From a virus, in IMG/VR virus record IMGVR_UViG_3300036832_001149, positions 1 through 64,000 of that record: a DNA stretch of 64,000 nucleotides; one strand, written 5' to 3'. The notes beneath the pieces are model-generated. The model searched no databases. It was not told the origin of the DNA and worked only from the letters and a program-made list of their open reading frames with translations. The position numbers and the translations under genes were made by a program. Below are positions 19,579 to 27,940 of the stretch, piece by piece (the stretch's first letter is position 1; each line of letters opens with the position of its first letter).

Positions 19579-19799
19579 GATTCGATTCTCTTTCGTTGGT
19601 GGGATGGTGATTCGTGCCGCATGATCCGACAAGTACGACAGGTGGGCTGGTCGTCCTCGGTGGTGAACCGGCCCAGGTAGATGTTGACCGGTCGCCCGCA
19701 GAGCGTCTGGCCCGAGGGACCGATGCCGGGCAGATCGAGCACCGCGTGCAGTTGGCCGCCGCCCCGTCCGCTGAAGTAGAACCACTCCAGGTCAGACAT
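19575..19799 (-). CDS. Small Zn-finger-like protein
   Basis: H...TLCG...CRTC. Confidence 0.5.
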   Translation of the reverse strand: MSDLEWFYFSGRGGGQLHAVLDLPGIGPSGQTLCGRPVNIYLGRFTTEDDQPTCRTCRIMRHESPSHQRKRIES

Positions 19800-20229
19800 C
19801 GTCCTGGCCGTCCTTCAGGAGCATCAGCGGTGTCGCCCGTTCCAGGGCCAAGGCCGCCCGCACCAGGGCCACCGCCACCCGGTGCCCCTCCACCGCCTCG
19901 TCCTCGGTGGCGTAGCGCCACATGTTCTCATCCAGCGCACCGCCGAAGATCATCGTCTCGAAGATGATCGGCGGACCGATCCGGGCGTAGTTCATGTCCA
20001 TGCCGATCCAGACCGTGGAGATCCGTACCTCGTCCTCGCTGCCCAGGCCCAGGATCGTCTCGGCGACCCGCATATAGCCGCGCGGGTAGTCCGGTCTGTC
20101 CTCCCGCCGTTTGGCCCAGCACATCAGGCACAGCGTCTTGCCCTGCCGGTCGTAGTACATCGGCAGGTACGACGGTCCGGCGGAGTCATCGTGCCCGCAG
20201 TCCCGCCAGAAGCCGTTCTGGTCGGTCAT
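19792..20229 (-). CDS. Hypothetical phage protein
   Basis: ISTVWIGMD...PIIFETMIFGG...RYATEDEAVEGH motif. Confidence 0.65.
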   Translation of the reverse strand: MTDQNGFWRDCGHDDSAGPSYLPMYYDRQGKTLCLMCWAKRREDRPDYPRGYMRVAETILGLGSEDEVRISTVWIGMDMNYARIGPPIIFETMIFGGALDENMWRYATEDEAVEGHRVAVALVRAALALERATPLMLLKDGQDDV

Positions 20230-20657
20230 GGCTCCCGCTCTACCTCCTCGTCGTCGGACGGGTCCCAGGGTGAGAACAGCGCGTCCCGCGTGCTGTCCCG
20301 GTTCGCCCAGGCGTAGGTCGGGCACGGCCACGCCCAGCCGCACTCGTTGCAGTCACCGGTCGTGCCGCCGTGCTCGTCGACCTGCTTGGCGTGCATCTCG
20401 GCAATGCGCTGCATCCGTTGTTCCACGCCGCTCGTCACGCTTTCCTTCCCGTCGGCATGGTCGGCGGCGATGGTCAGCACGGCCGCCAGTCGGCGGGCCC
20501 CGGCCGGGGTCAGCACGATGAGTTCTTCGGGTCGGGCCGGGTAGATCGTCACGGTCCGGTACCGGCTGGACGTGCCGTCCGCCCCGATGTCGCAGCCGAT
20601 GCCGGTATGGAAGGTGCGGACCCCGTCGTAGTCGGAGTACTCCACGTCGTCGGTCAT
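20226..20657 (-). CDS. Hypothetical protein
   Basis: CNECGWAWPCPT motif. Confidence 0.5.
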   Translation of the reverse strand: MTDDVEYSDYDGVRTFHTGIGCDIGADGTSSRYRTVTIYPARPEELIVLTPAGARRLAAVLTIAADHADGKESVTSGVEQRMQRIAEMHAKQVDEHGGTTGDCNECGWAWPCPTYAWANRDSTRDALFSPWDPSDDEEVEREP

Positions 20658-20914
20658 TTCCCGACCCTTTCCAGCCACTCACGCAGTGCCGCTGCCACGT
20701 CCGCGCGACTTGCTTGGCCACCGTTCATCAGCAGGCCGATGACCAGGGCACCCATCCCGTCGACCAATATGGTCATGTCACCGGCGGCGTCCACCTGGTC
20801 CCAGACCTGCTGGCGCAGCACGTCGTCGCGGGTCACCCCGGACAGGGTGTAGCTCAGGGCCAGCCGTATGCAGGCGTTGCTGTAGTCGTCGTCCGATCCC
20901 CATCGCGCGCTCAT
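20654..20914 (-). CDS. Hypothetical protein
   Basis: ATGA coupling. Confidence 0.5.
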   Translation of the reverse strand: MSARWGSDDDYSNACIRLALSYTLSGVTRDDVLRQQVWDQVDAAGDMTILVDGMGALVIGLLMNGGQASRADVAAALREWLERVGK

Positions 20915-21183
20915 TGCTCGGCCTTTACAGGACCGGTCCAGTCATGGCACGCCCCGCAGTAGCGTTCCTTGATGTCGTTCTCGTTGTACGACCTGCGTCC
21001 GCAGCGGGGGCAGGTGAACCACCACTCGACAAGTGGCTTCAGGTCCTGACCCTGGGCCCCCCAGCACCACTCGCACGCGGCACAGGACAACTCCGGCCCG
21101 CTGCCGATGTCATAGGGCTCCCGCACCGCCACCACGCCGCAGCTTGGGCAGGTCGTGGGTAATCGCCTCGGCTCGGTCATCAC
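20911..21183 (-). CDS. Double Zn-ribbon protein
   Basis: CPSC, CAAC, CPRC, CGAC. Confidence 0.6.
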   Translation of the reverse strand: MMTEPRRLPTTCPSCGVVAVREPYDIGSGPELSCAACEWCWGAQGQDLKPLVEWWFTCPRCGRRSYNENDIKERYCGACHDWTGPVKAEQ

Positions 21184-21464
21184 TCGGCCCCGCTGACGTC
21201 ATCGGGGATGGCGATGAGTTCCAGCTTCAGCCCCATGGCCTGGAACATCGCCACCAGGTGGCCGAACAGTTCACCGAGGGCCTCCTTGGGGTCGTCGTAG
21301 CCGTGCAGGACGATCCCGCCCGTCACGTCGTCGGACAGGAACACGATGCACTTGTCCTTCTCCTGGCTCTCCGGATGAGCGTCGAAGGTGTCGGTCATCG
21401 CATCGCAGATGCGGGTCAGGCGGTCCATCGGTTGGGAGGATTTCTTTACCATCGGGTTCTCCAT
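21180..21464 (-). CDS. Hypothetical protein
   Basis: ORF with GGAGAAC RBS. Confidence 0.55.
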   Translation of the reverse strand: MENPMVKKSSQPMDRLTRICDAMTDTFDAHPESQEKDKCIVFLSDDVTGGIVLHGYDDPKEALGELFGHLVAMFQAMGLKLELIAIPDDVSGAE

Positions 21465-21479
21465 TCTTGGTCGGAAACC

Positions 21480-21511
21480 AAAAAAGGGCCGCCTGGGCAG
21501 GCGGCCCCTTC
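21480..21511 (-). terminator. Probable terminator
   Basis: GGGCCGCCTG/CAGGCGGCCC stem then T run on the minus strand. Confidence 0.7.
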
Positions 21512-21522
21512 GGGGTCGGTGG

Positions 21523-21735
21523 TCAGTCAGACGTGCCGGGTCGGTTGACCTTGATGATGGGCCGGGATGGCTCTATCACCCGGGTTGTCATCTGCCTCCG
21601 GAGGAGGTCCAGGATCTCGTCGCTCTTGGCTTCCAAGAGTTCGATCTTGATCTCCAGGGCCCGGATGGCGGCGCTGGTTTCACGCAGCCGCACCAGGCTG
21701 ATGGCCAGCAACCGGCTCTCTTCCGATTCTGTCAT
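21523..21735 (-). CDS. Small coiled-coil protein
   Basis: AGGAGAACAC-ATG; heptad Leu/Ile pattern. Confidence 0.55.
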   Translation of the reverse strand: MTESEESRLLAISLVRLRETSAAIRALEIKIELLEAKSDEILDLLRRQMTTRVIEPSRPIIKVNRPGTSD

Positions 21736-21788
21736 GTGTTCTCCTGTGGGTATGGCTCCCCCACCCCTGTGGCGGGGGTAGCTCGGCT

Positions 21789-21817
21789 AGTCTACCACAC
21801 TATTACATCTGCCGTAA
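21789..21817 (-). promoter_or_regulatory. Promoter with ATAGTGTGG-TAGACT
   Basis: Copy of the repeated minus-strand promoter motif. Confidence 0.6.
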
Positions 21818-21879
21818 CCAGGCCGCTATCTTCGCCGGATGCGGACACGTGCGGGGACACGGTGGGAAGACTTGAGGCT

Positions 21880-22065
21880 ATGAGCACCGTGCGCAGGACG
21901 ACGATCCTGATCCTGCTCGGTGTCGCCGTGCTCGTCCTGGCGATCTTGATCCTGATCCGGAATCGCTCGCTGGACACCGATCTGCTGGCCGTCATCGGCG
22001 TGCTCGGGGGCGTGGCCATCGTGGTGGTGTCCCTGCCGACGACGAAGGACAAGGATGACGATTGA
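21880..22065 (+). CDS. Holin-like two-TM protein
   Basis: MSTVRRTTILILLGVAVLVLAILIL...LLAVIGVLGGVAIVVVSL, charged tail; beside the endolysin. Confidence 0.55.
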   Translation: MSTVRRTTILILLGVAVLVLAILILIRNRSLDTDLLAVIGVLGGVAIVVVSLPTTKDKDDD

Positions 22066-22157
22066 GCCGGGGTGACTGCTGGCTGCGGCTGTTCCTGCTG
22101 GTCGGGGCGCTGCTCGTCCTGGAGGTGCTCGTCTGGTGGTGGTGGTACGTCGGCTGA
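22062..22157 (+). CDS. Tiny single-TM protein (31 aa)
   Basis: TTGA overlap; LSRGDCWLRLFLLVGALLVLEVLVWWWWYVG. Confidence 0.4.
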   Translation: MSRGDCWLRLFLLVGALLVLEVLVWWWWYVG

Positions 22158-22160
22158 GCC

Positions 22161-23264
22161 CTACCAGGTGAACAGGTGCTGCCAGTCGTCGTTCCAGATC
22201 TCGCCGTAGCGGCTGGTGGTGGCCGCGTAGCGGTCCCGCTGCCACCGGGAGACGCCGTCGGCGGTCGGCTGCTCGAACAGCCCGTCGGCGAACCCGGCGT
22301 CGTAGCCCAGTTCGTTGATGCGGTCCTGGATGGCCTTCACGTCGGGCTGCTCGTTGGCGTTGAAACCGCCGTGCGACTCGTTCGGGCCGGTGATCAGGCC
22401 GAAGTACTCGCTGGTGGGCATGTAGCTCGGCCAGGGTCGGCGTAGCTGGCCACCACCGGGCGGCTGCGGGGCCGGGGTCGAGCCGCCGCCCCCGAACAGC
22501 GCGGACCAGTCGTCCGGGTGGATCAGGCCGGTCTGGGGCCGTCCGGTGGCGGCCTGCCAGCGCACCACCCCGTCGACCGTCTGCTGCTCGTACAGCCCGT
22601 CCACGTAGCCCGCGTTGAAGCCCAGGTCGTTGATCTTGTTCTGGATCTGGGTGACCCCGTTGCGCACGACGTCGTCGTCGTACTCATACGCCCCGGAGTG
22701 CTGCTCGTTCGGCCCGGTGACGATGCCGTACCAGTGCCCGGGCGGCAGGGACCAGACCCCGGGCGCGGGCATCGGGACCGGGGGAGCGCTGCCGCCCCCG
22801 GCGTTGATGACGTCGGCGATGGTGGCCAGCCGGTTGGTGTCGTTGGCGTAGGCCCGATAGAAGGAAAGGTGCACATGCCACAAATGGGACGAATCCCATT
22901 CGCCGTTGCCCTCGTGGCCGTTGGACAGGTCGTAGCTCTTGGTCACGCTGCCGTTGGTGGTCCCGCCGAACTCGCGCAGCCCGGATAGCCGGGAGTCGCC
23001 CGCCTTGGCTGCATCGAGCAGCCGCTGGGTCACCAGCTTCATGTCCCCGGAGTTGAAGGACACGTCCAGGGCCGAGGCGGCCTGGCCGTCGCCCTGCTTG
23101 TCCAGGGCGAGTTGGCGGGAGTAGTCGTTGGAGGGCAGCACGTCCCGGCAGCGGTGGTAGCCGTAGGTGTGGGCCGAGTCGCCGATGATGCCGGACATCT
23201 GCTTGCTGCCGATGGTGATGCGGTTGTACACGTTCTGAATCGCAGCGGGAGCGTATTCGGTCAT
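22161..23264 (-). CDS. Endolysin: probable Zn-peptidase-like catalytic domain plus two peptidoglycan-binding repeats
   Basis: GYH...ASALDV...HLWHVHLS metal-ligand pattern; two repeats ending DGL(Y/F)EQ.T.DGV.RWQ separated by Pro/Gly linkers. Confidence 0.8.
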   Translation of the reverse strand: MTEYAPAAIQNVYNRITIGSKQMSGIIGDSAHTYGYHRCRDVLPSNDYSRQLALDKQGDGQAASALDVSFNSGDMKLVTQRLLDAAKAGDSRLSGLREFGGTTNGSVTKSYDLSNGHEGNGEWDSSHLWHVHLSFYRAYANDTNRLATIADVINAGGGSAPPVPMPAPGVWSLPPGHWYGIVTGPNEQHSGAYEYDDDVVRNGVTQIQNKINDLGFNAGYVDGLYEQQTVDGVVRWQAATGRPQTGLIHPDDWSALFGGGGSTPAPQPPGGGQLRRPWPSYMPTSEYFGLITGPNESHGGFNANEQPDVKAIQDRINELGYDAGFADGLFEQPTADGVSRWQRDRYAATTSRYGEIWNDDWQHLFTW

Positions 23265-23294
23265 GCTCGCAGGCTAAACCCGAATGAGGTCCGG

Positions 23295-23338
23295 ACATAG
23301 GAAAGCCCCGCCTCCCGGGCTGGGATGGCGGGGCTTTC
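23295..23338. terminator. Terminator-like hairpin
   Basis: GAAAGCCCCGCC...GGCGGGGCTTTC. Confidence 0.65.
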
Positions 23339-23344
23339 GGGTCC

Positions 23345-23692
23345 CTAGTTGATCGTCTGCCACGAGTTTCCGTCGGACGACACCAGCACCTTGTGCTCGG
23401 CGGCGGGGTAGGAGCCGACGGTGACCTGGCACTCGAAGTAGTGGGCGTTCTCGTGGATGCAGTTGGCCGAGACGGTGGAGCCGTCGGTCACCTTGTCCTG
23501 GTAGCTCTGCTCGACCGACGTGGAGAGGGTTGCCTCGTCCATGTAGGTGGCGGATGAGCCGCTGTCGCCGCTGCTGTCGTTGTTGCTGTGCTCGCCGATG
23601 GCGATGACCACAACGGCCAGGATCAGCGCGATCCAGATCTTCCGGTGGCTCTTCTTCTTGGCCGGGGCCGGAGGGGTGGCGTCTTCGAACAT
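23345..23692 (-). CDS. Membrane-anchored protein with a Cys pair
   Basis: Single TM then S-rich linker and C...FECQVT; AAGGAGAACAAC-ATG; own promoter. Confidence 0.65.
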   Translation of the reverse strand: MFEDATPPAPAKKKSHRKIWIALILAVVVIAIGEHSNNDSSGDSGSSATYMDEATLSTSVEQSYQDKVTDGSTVSANCIHENAHYFECQVTVGSYPAAEHKVLVSSDGNSWQTIN

Positions 23693-23745
23693 GTTGTTCT
23701 CCTTGGGGTAGTCGGGCAGGTATCTCCTGCCTTTCACTATTACCC

Positions 23746-23757
23746 AGTATACCACAT
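23746..23757 (-). promoter_or_regulatory. Extended -10 promoter TGTGG-TATACT
   Basis: Repeated motif upstream of 23345..23692. Confidence 0.65.
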
Positions 23758-23769
23758 GATTAATTAACG

Positions 23770-23812
23770 GGCATAAGGAAAGCCCCACCGCTCAATTGAT
23801 TGCGGTGGGGCT
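23770..23812 (-). terminator. Probable terminator
   Basis: AGCCCCACCGC/GCGGTGGGGCT stem then TTTCCTTATGCCC. Confidence 0.65.
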
Positions 23813-23839
23813 CTCGGCTAGCGGTGGATCGGGATCGAC

Positions 23840-24112
23840 CTAGTCGTTGATGGCCTGCCAGGCGGCACCGAGGGCGGTAACGGCTCCCAGCGGCGGGTAG
23901 ATCGCGGTGGCGGCTGCGGTGGCCAGGACCCGGCGGGTGTTCCGCTTGAAGCGGGGGGTAACCCGCAACAGGGCCTGGTCGTCGTCGCCATCCAAGCTCA
24001 CGAACTTGCGGCTGGGGCGCTTCGGCGTCTCGGTCGCCGTGGCCTGGGTCGGTTCCGTCTCCGGAACCTCGGCCTCGACAGCGACGGTGGTCTTCTCGTT
24101 CTTCTCGCTCAT
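23840..24112 (-). CDS. Small protein with C-terminal hydrophobic segment
   Basis: Start MSEKNEK after GAGAACACA. Confidence 0.55.
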   Translation of the reverse strand: MSEKNEKTTVAVEAEVPETEPTQATATETPKRPSRKFVSLDGDDDQALLRVTPRFKRNTRRVLATAAATAIYPPLGAVTALGAAWQAIND

Positions 24113-24163
24113 TGTGTTCTCTTTTCTCTGGGGTGGGGAGCTATCTGCTCCCTCACTGACTCC

Positions 24164-24256
24164 ACTATAACACACTATGATTTCTGTTGTCAAGGTGAAA
24201 CGTGGAAAGCCACCTGAAATGGGTGGCTCGCTCTGCTGTTGACTGTACCACACTAT
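24164..24256 (-). promoter_or_regulatory. Two tandem promoters: TTGACA-N18-TATAGT and ATAGTGTGG-TACAGT
   Basis: Consensus -35/-10 at 24193-24164; second motif copy at 24256-24242. Confidence 0.75.
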
Positions 24257-24392
24257 AACAAGGAAGGCGAACAGACGGGCCCGGAAAAGCCGAAGAGCCA
24301 CCCGGTGTGAGGGGAGTGGCTCTTCGATGTGGTTACGCAGTGTTCAGTTGTACCGCCGAGAATACGTCTTCCCCTTCCGGGGAGCGAAGGGT

Positions 24393-24560
24393 TTACTCCT
24401 CCTCCAGTACGGCCACCACCTGGTCCAGCTTGGCATCCACCTCGTCCAGCTTGGAGACCAGCGTGGAGATCATCCGGGACATCTCCTGGATAACGGTGCC
24501 GAGCCGGTCGGCCACAGCGTTGGCCACCTCGTCGTTGTGCTGATCGTCAGCCATTCTCAT
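24393..24560 (-). CDS. Small coiled-coil protein (55 aa, not in ORF track)
   Basis: MRMADDQHNDEVANAVADRLGTVIQEMSRMISTLVSKLDEVDAKLDQVVAVLEEE; GAAGGAG RBS. Confidence 0.5.
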   Translation of the reverse strand: MRMADDQHNDEVANAVADRLGTVIQEMSRMISTLVSKLDEVDAKLDQVVAVLEEE

Positions 24561-24781
24561 GCTCCTTCGGTTACTTCGGCGGATTCCAGGGCGTGGAGTA
24601 TCTCGTACAGCGCGGAACAGATGCCCTCAATGGTGGCATCCACGTCCAGACCGGACATGGAGACGACCAGGGATACCTCATCCTGGTCCGGAGCCAACTC
24701 CACCAACAGGTAGGGGGTATCCCCGATCAGCCGGTAGTGCTCATAGGCAGTGGGTTCGTCTCGGAAAGCCACGTCCTCCAT
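24557..24781 (-). CDS. Hypothetical protein
   Basis: Coupled ORF. Confidence 0.45.
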   Translation of the reverse strand: MEDVAFRDEPTAYEHYRLIGDTPYLLVELAPDQDEVSLVVSMSGLDVDATIEGICSALYEILHALESAEVTEGA

Positions 24782-25398
24782 ACCGGAATCCTCTTCTCCT
24801 CGGCGGTCCGGATACAGTCTGCGGTACCCCGACCACCGGAGAAGGCCACCAGTATTCCGGGAGCGAAGTGCTCCAGCATCAGCCGGTTCCGCAGCGGTCC
24901 GGCCCGATTCCCGTAGAGGTTCCAGTCCGGTAGGTAGACCCGGACCGGACAGCCCGTCTTCACCGCCCAGCGGGCCGCGAGGGTATCGGCCCCGGCTGCC
25001 CCACCGTGGGCCAGCACCGAGATATCCAGCGAGTTCAGGGTTCGGGCCAGGTACCGGTCATCGGCGAAGTTCCGGCCTCCGGTCACCGCCACCCGTAATC
25101 CGGTCTCCCGGGGCGGGAACTGTTCCGGGTCGATGACCTTCCGCTGAGCGGTGGCCGCACATCCGGCATGCTGCAGAGCCCACCAGTTCCTCTCGGGTCG
25201 GATCAGCAGTTGACCGGCGTAGATCCGCATCCCGCACAGCCGACAGCGCTTGCCGATCAGCGACCCGGTCGCCCGGACCAACCGGACGGTGGAGGACTCA
25301 TCCTCACCCTCGGAGGGGATGAGCGGTGCTTCACCGTGGGGTGCGGCCGGACGATCGGAGTCCACTGGGGAAGCATAGGGCCCCGACCGGGTTGCCAT
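24727..25398 (-). CDS. YspA/SLOG-family (DUF2493-like) protein with N-terminal CxxC region
   Basis: RVAVTGGRNF...HGGAAGAD...W..YG.RAGPLRN..ML...VAF.GGRGT..C. Confidence 0.85.
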   Translation of the reverse strand: MATRSGPYASPVDSDRPAAPHGEAPLIPSEGEDESSTVRLVRATGSLIGKRCRLCGMRIYAGQLLIRPERNWWALQHAGCAATAQRKVIDPEQFPPRETGLRVAVTGGRNFADDRYLARTLNSLDISVLAHGGAAGADTLAARWAVKTGCPVRVYLPDWNLYGNRAGPLRNRLMLEHFAPGILVAFSGGRGTADCIRTAEEKRIPVWRTWLSETNPLPMSTTG

Positions 25399-25444
25399 CC
25401 GTATGTCGGGGCCCTGCTGCGGTGCTACGCATTACCAGTTATAC

Positions 25445-25858
25445 CCGTTTGTGGAACAACCACACCAGGAAACCCTTGTCGGGGAAAGCAGTCCCCACCC
25501 GGCTGCCGGGGGCCGCAGGCGGCCCCAAAGACACAAGACCCCCAGCGCATCCTCACCAGAAAAAATCATTCCTGGCTGCATCTTCTCCGCAACGGTCACC
25601 GGCTGTGAGGGAATCCCTCGGCTTGCCCGCCTACGTCAGCGGGTTCCGGCATGGCCGTACAACCTCCACTGACGAGGGTTTGACCTCGGGGGTAAGCCGG
25701 GCTCCAGTAGTAACTTCGCAAGCTGAGGGATCGTCGCTCCGACGTAGTACTCTGGGCTTGCGTTCTAGACAATCGCCACCCTACAACCGACCTCGGTCGG
25801 GGACCAGGGCGCGTAACGCCCGATTTGGGGATTGCACCCCGGTCGGGCGTTACTTTTT
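25445..25858 (+). ncRNA. Candidate highly structured ncRNA (~400 nt)
   Basis: 14-bp long-range helix 25613-25626/25718-25731, many hairpins, ends in a terminator; G-U pairs favour the + strand. Confidence 0.55.
25813..25858 (+). terminator. Intrinsic terminator
   Basis: GTAACGCCCGA...TCGGGCGTTAC then TTTTT. Confidence 0.8.
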
Positions 25859-25862
25859 CCCC

Positions 25863-26054
25863 ATGACGATCACCGAGCAGGCGGCGGCCCTGGCGGCCCG
25901 GTTGCCGCCCGACACGCGGGACGCGCTGGATGACTTGTATGACGAGGACCAGCGAGCAGAATGGCAGCGACGGTACTTCCTGTCCTGCGCTCGTCGCCGC
26001 CGCACAATGATCTTCTTGGCCCTCCGGGAGGCCGGGTACAGCACGTCCCCCTGA
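25863..26054 (+). CDS. Hypothetical protein (63 aa)
   Basis: MTITEQAAALAARL...; protein-like 3' end of ORF 25326..26054. Confidence 0.45.
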   Translation: MTITEQAAALAARLPPDTRDALDDLYDEDQRAEWQRRYFLSCARRRRTMIFLALREAGYSTSP

Positions 26055-26144
26055 GTCCGGTGAACCTTCACCCGGTTCTCCATTGGAGTCTGTCCTACTC
26101 TGGTGCATCTTGATCTAATCGTAATGTCCGAGTAGAACTGTGCC

Positions 26145-27368
26145 ATGCGGTTGCCATCGCCTGAAGCCCTCCTGCTCTCCTCCGTCCTGAACACCTCAGA
26201 CCTCTCCGAAGCCCTGCGCCGGGGTGTGTGCCCCGAGCACTTCACCGGCTACCGGGCCGAATGGGAGTTCCTGACCCGGTACAGCCGGGACTACCACGAC
26301 ACCCCGTCCCTGGACGTGGTGCTGTCGGTCTATCCGGAGTTCCCCTACCGCACCGGGGCGACCGAGGTGGCCTTCTTCGCCGACCAGGTCATCGAGCGGC
26401 ACAACCACCGCTCGGTCAAGGCGATGCTGCTGGCCTCGGCCGACCACCTGGCCTCGGGCGACCTGGGCCAGGCCGTGTCCGCGATGCGCTCGGTCAGCGT
26501 CACCGGGACATCCCTGCCGCCGACCGACGCCGTCCGCAGCTACTGCGTGGCCGACGAACTGGACGCCGAGCGGCAGAACGCGGTCCCCTATCCCTGGGCC
26601 ACCCTCCAGTCCCACACCGGGGGGATGTGGCCCGGGGATTTCGCTGTCTTCGCCGCCCGCACCACGGTGGGCAAGTCCTGGGGGCTGATCTACGCCGCCG
26701 TCAACGCGGTGATGCTCGGGCACACGGTGCGCTACTACAGCCTGGAGATGCCGACCGCCCAGATCGTGGCCCGGGTCCATGCGGTGCTGGGCAACCTGCT
26801 CGGCTTCCGCCTGTCCCACACCGCGCTGCACCACCGCAGCGTCGACCGCATCCTGTACAAGCGGCTGCTGGCCGAGATGGAGAAGAAGGTCCCGGGCGTG
26901 TTCGAGGTGATCGACACCAGTTCCGGGCGGATCACCCCGGCCTCGGTCGCCAACTGCACCGGGGTGGACCTGGTGCTGGTCGACCACATCGGCCTGATGA
27001 GCCAGCCCGACGGCCGCCGGGCCATCGAGGACTGGCGGGTGATGGCCACGGTGTCCAACATGCTCAAGGAGGTGGCCATCTCCTCGGCCGTGCCGGTCCT
27101 GGTCGCCTCCCAGATCAACCGGGAGGGCGGTCGGGGCAAGGCACTGCCGGGGATAGCCGATCTGGCCCAGAGCGACGCGATCGGGCAGGACGCCGACGTG
27201 CTGGTGACGATGCGCCGGATGGCCGGGCCGGTGATGAAGTACGCCCTGCCCAAGAACCGGCACGGGCTGAACGAGGTGAACTTCTATGGCCGGTTCGACC
27301 CGGACTACGGTCGGCTGTCCGAGATCACCCGGGAGACGGCGGAGGACCTGTGCGATGAGACCACGTGA
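26145..27368 (+). CDS. dnaB: DnaB-like replicative helicase
   Basis: AARTTVGKSW (Walker A variant), YSLEM, VLVDHIGLM, SQINRE, SDAIGQDAD, KNRHG. Confidence 0.92.
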   Translation: MRLPSPEALLLSSVLNTSDLSEALRRGVCPEHFTGYRAEWEFLTRYSRDYHDTPSLDVVLSVYPEFPYRTGATEVAFFADQVIERHNHRSVKAMLLASADHLASGDLGQAVSAMRSVSVTGTSLPPTDAVRSYCVADELDAERQNAVPYPWATLQSHTGGMWPGDFAVFAARTTVGKSWGLIYAAVNAVMLGHTVRYYSLEMPTAQIVARVHAVLGNLLGFRLSHTALHHRSVDRILYKRLLAEMEKKVPGVFEVIDTSSGRITPASVANCTGVDLVLVDHIGLMSQPDGRRAIEDWRVMATVSNMLKEVAISSAVPVLVASQINREGGRGKALPGIADLAQSDAIGQDADVLVTMRRMAGPVMKYALPKNRHGLNEVNFYGRFDPDYGRLSEITRETAEDLCDETT

Positions 27369-27768
27369 GGGGGCGAACCCGGACCAGTGGGACATCATGG
27401 ACGTCGGCTTCCTGGATTACTTCCGGGTGCTGGACTACATGGAACGCGGCAAGGACCTGGGCGGGACGGACATCTGGATCTCCCAGTGGTTCGACGCGCC
27501 GCACTGGCGGACCCTGCTCTACGGCCACTGCACCCATGAGGACACCGTGAGCCAGGGCGTGTACACCGTCCCGGACGACGTGCTGGCCACTACCAGCGAC
27601 CTGCCCCGGTTGACCGCCCTGGCCTTCATGGCCGCCCTGCGCGAGGCGTACCGGCGGTGCGGGATCTGGCCGTCGGGCTGGAAGGAGTGCCCGGACTGTG
27701 CCGGGGAGGGCATCGCCGATGGCGAACAGTGCGAGATGTGCCACGGCGAGGGGGGTTGGCATGACTGA
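27355..27768 (+). CDS. Hypothetical protein with DnaJ-like CxxCxGxG repeats
   Basis: CPDCAGEG...CEMCHGEG. Confidence 0.55.
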   Translation: MRPREGANPDQWDIMDVGFLDYFRVLDYMERGKDLGGTDIWISQWFDAPHWRTLLYGHCTHEDTVSQGVYTVPDDVLATTSDLPRLTALAFMAALREAYRRCGIWPSGWKECPDCAGEGIADGEQCEMCHGEGGWHD

Positions 27769-27940
27769 TCCGACGCAGACCTGCCAGATATGCGGCCGGG
27801 TCGTCACCGTCACCCCGGACGGTCGGGGCTTTCCGCCGGACATCGCCAAGCGGAAGCTGGCCAAGCTCTGCCGGGAGGACGGGCACAAGTCCGACCCGAG
27901 ATACCGGGCCGGTCTGTACCTCGTTCCCAAACAACCGTGA
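27761..27940 (+). CDS. Small hypothetical protein
   Basis: MTDPTQTCQICG; coupled to primase. Confidence 0.5.
   Translation: MTDPTQTCQICGRVVTVTPDGRGFPPDIAKRKLAKLCREDGHKSDPRYRAGLYLVPKQP

Noticed and set aside
25326-25862. N-terminal 179 aa of the 242-aa ORF 25326..26054
   Set aside because: Composition is not protein-like and a strong terminator lies inside it; only the part from 25863 is retained.
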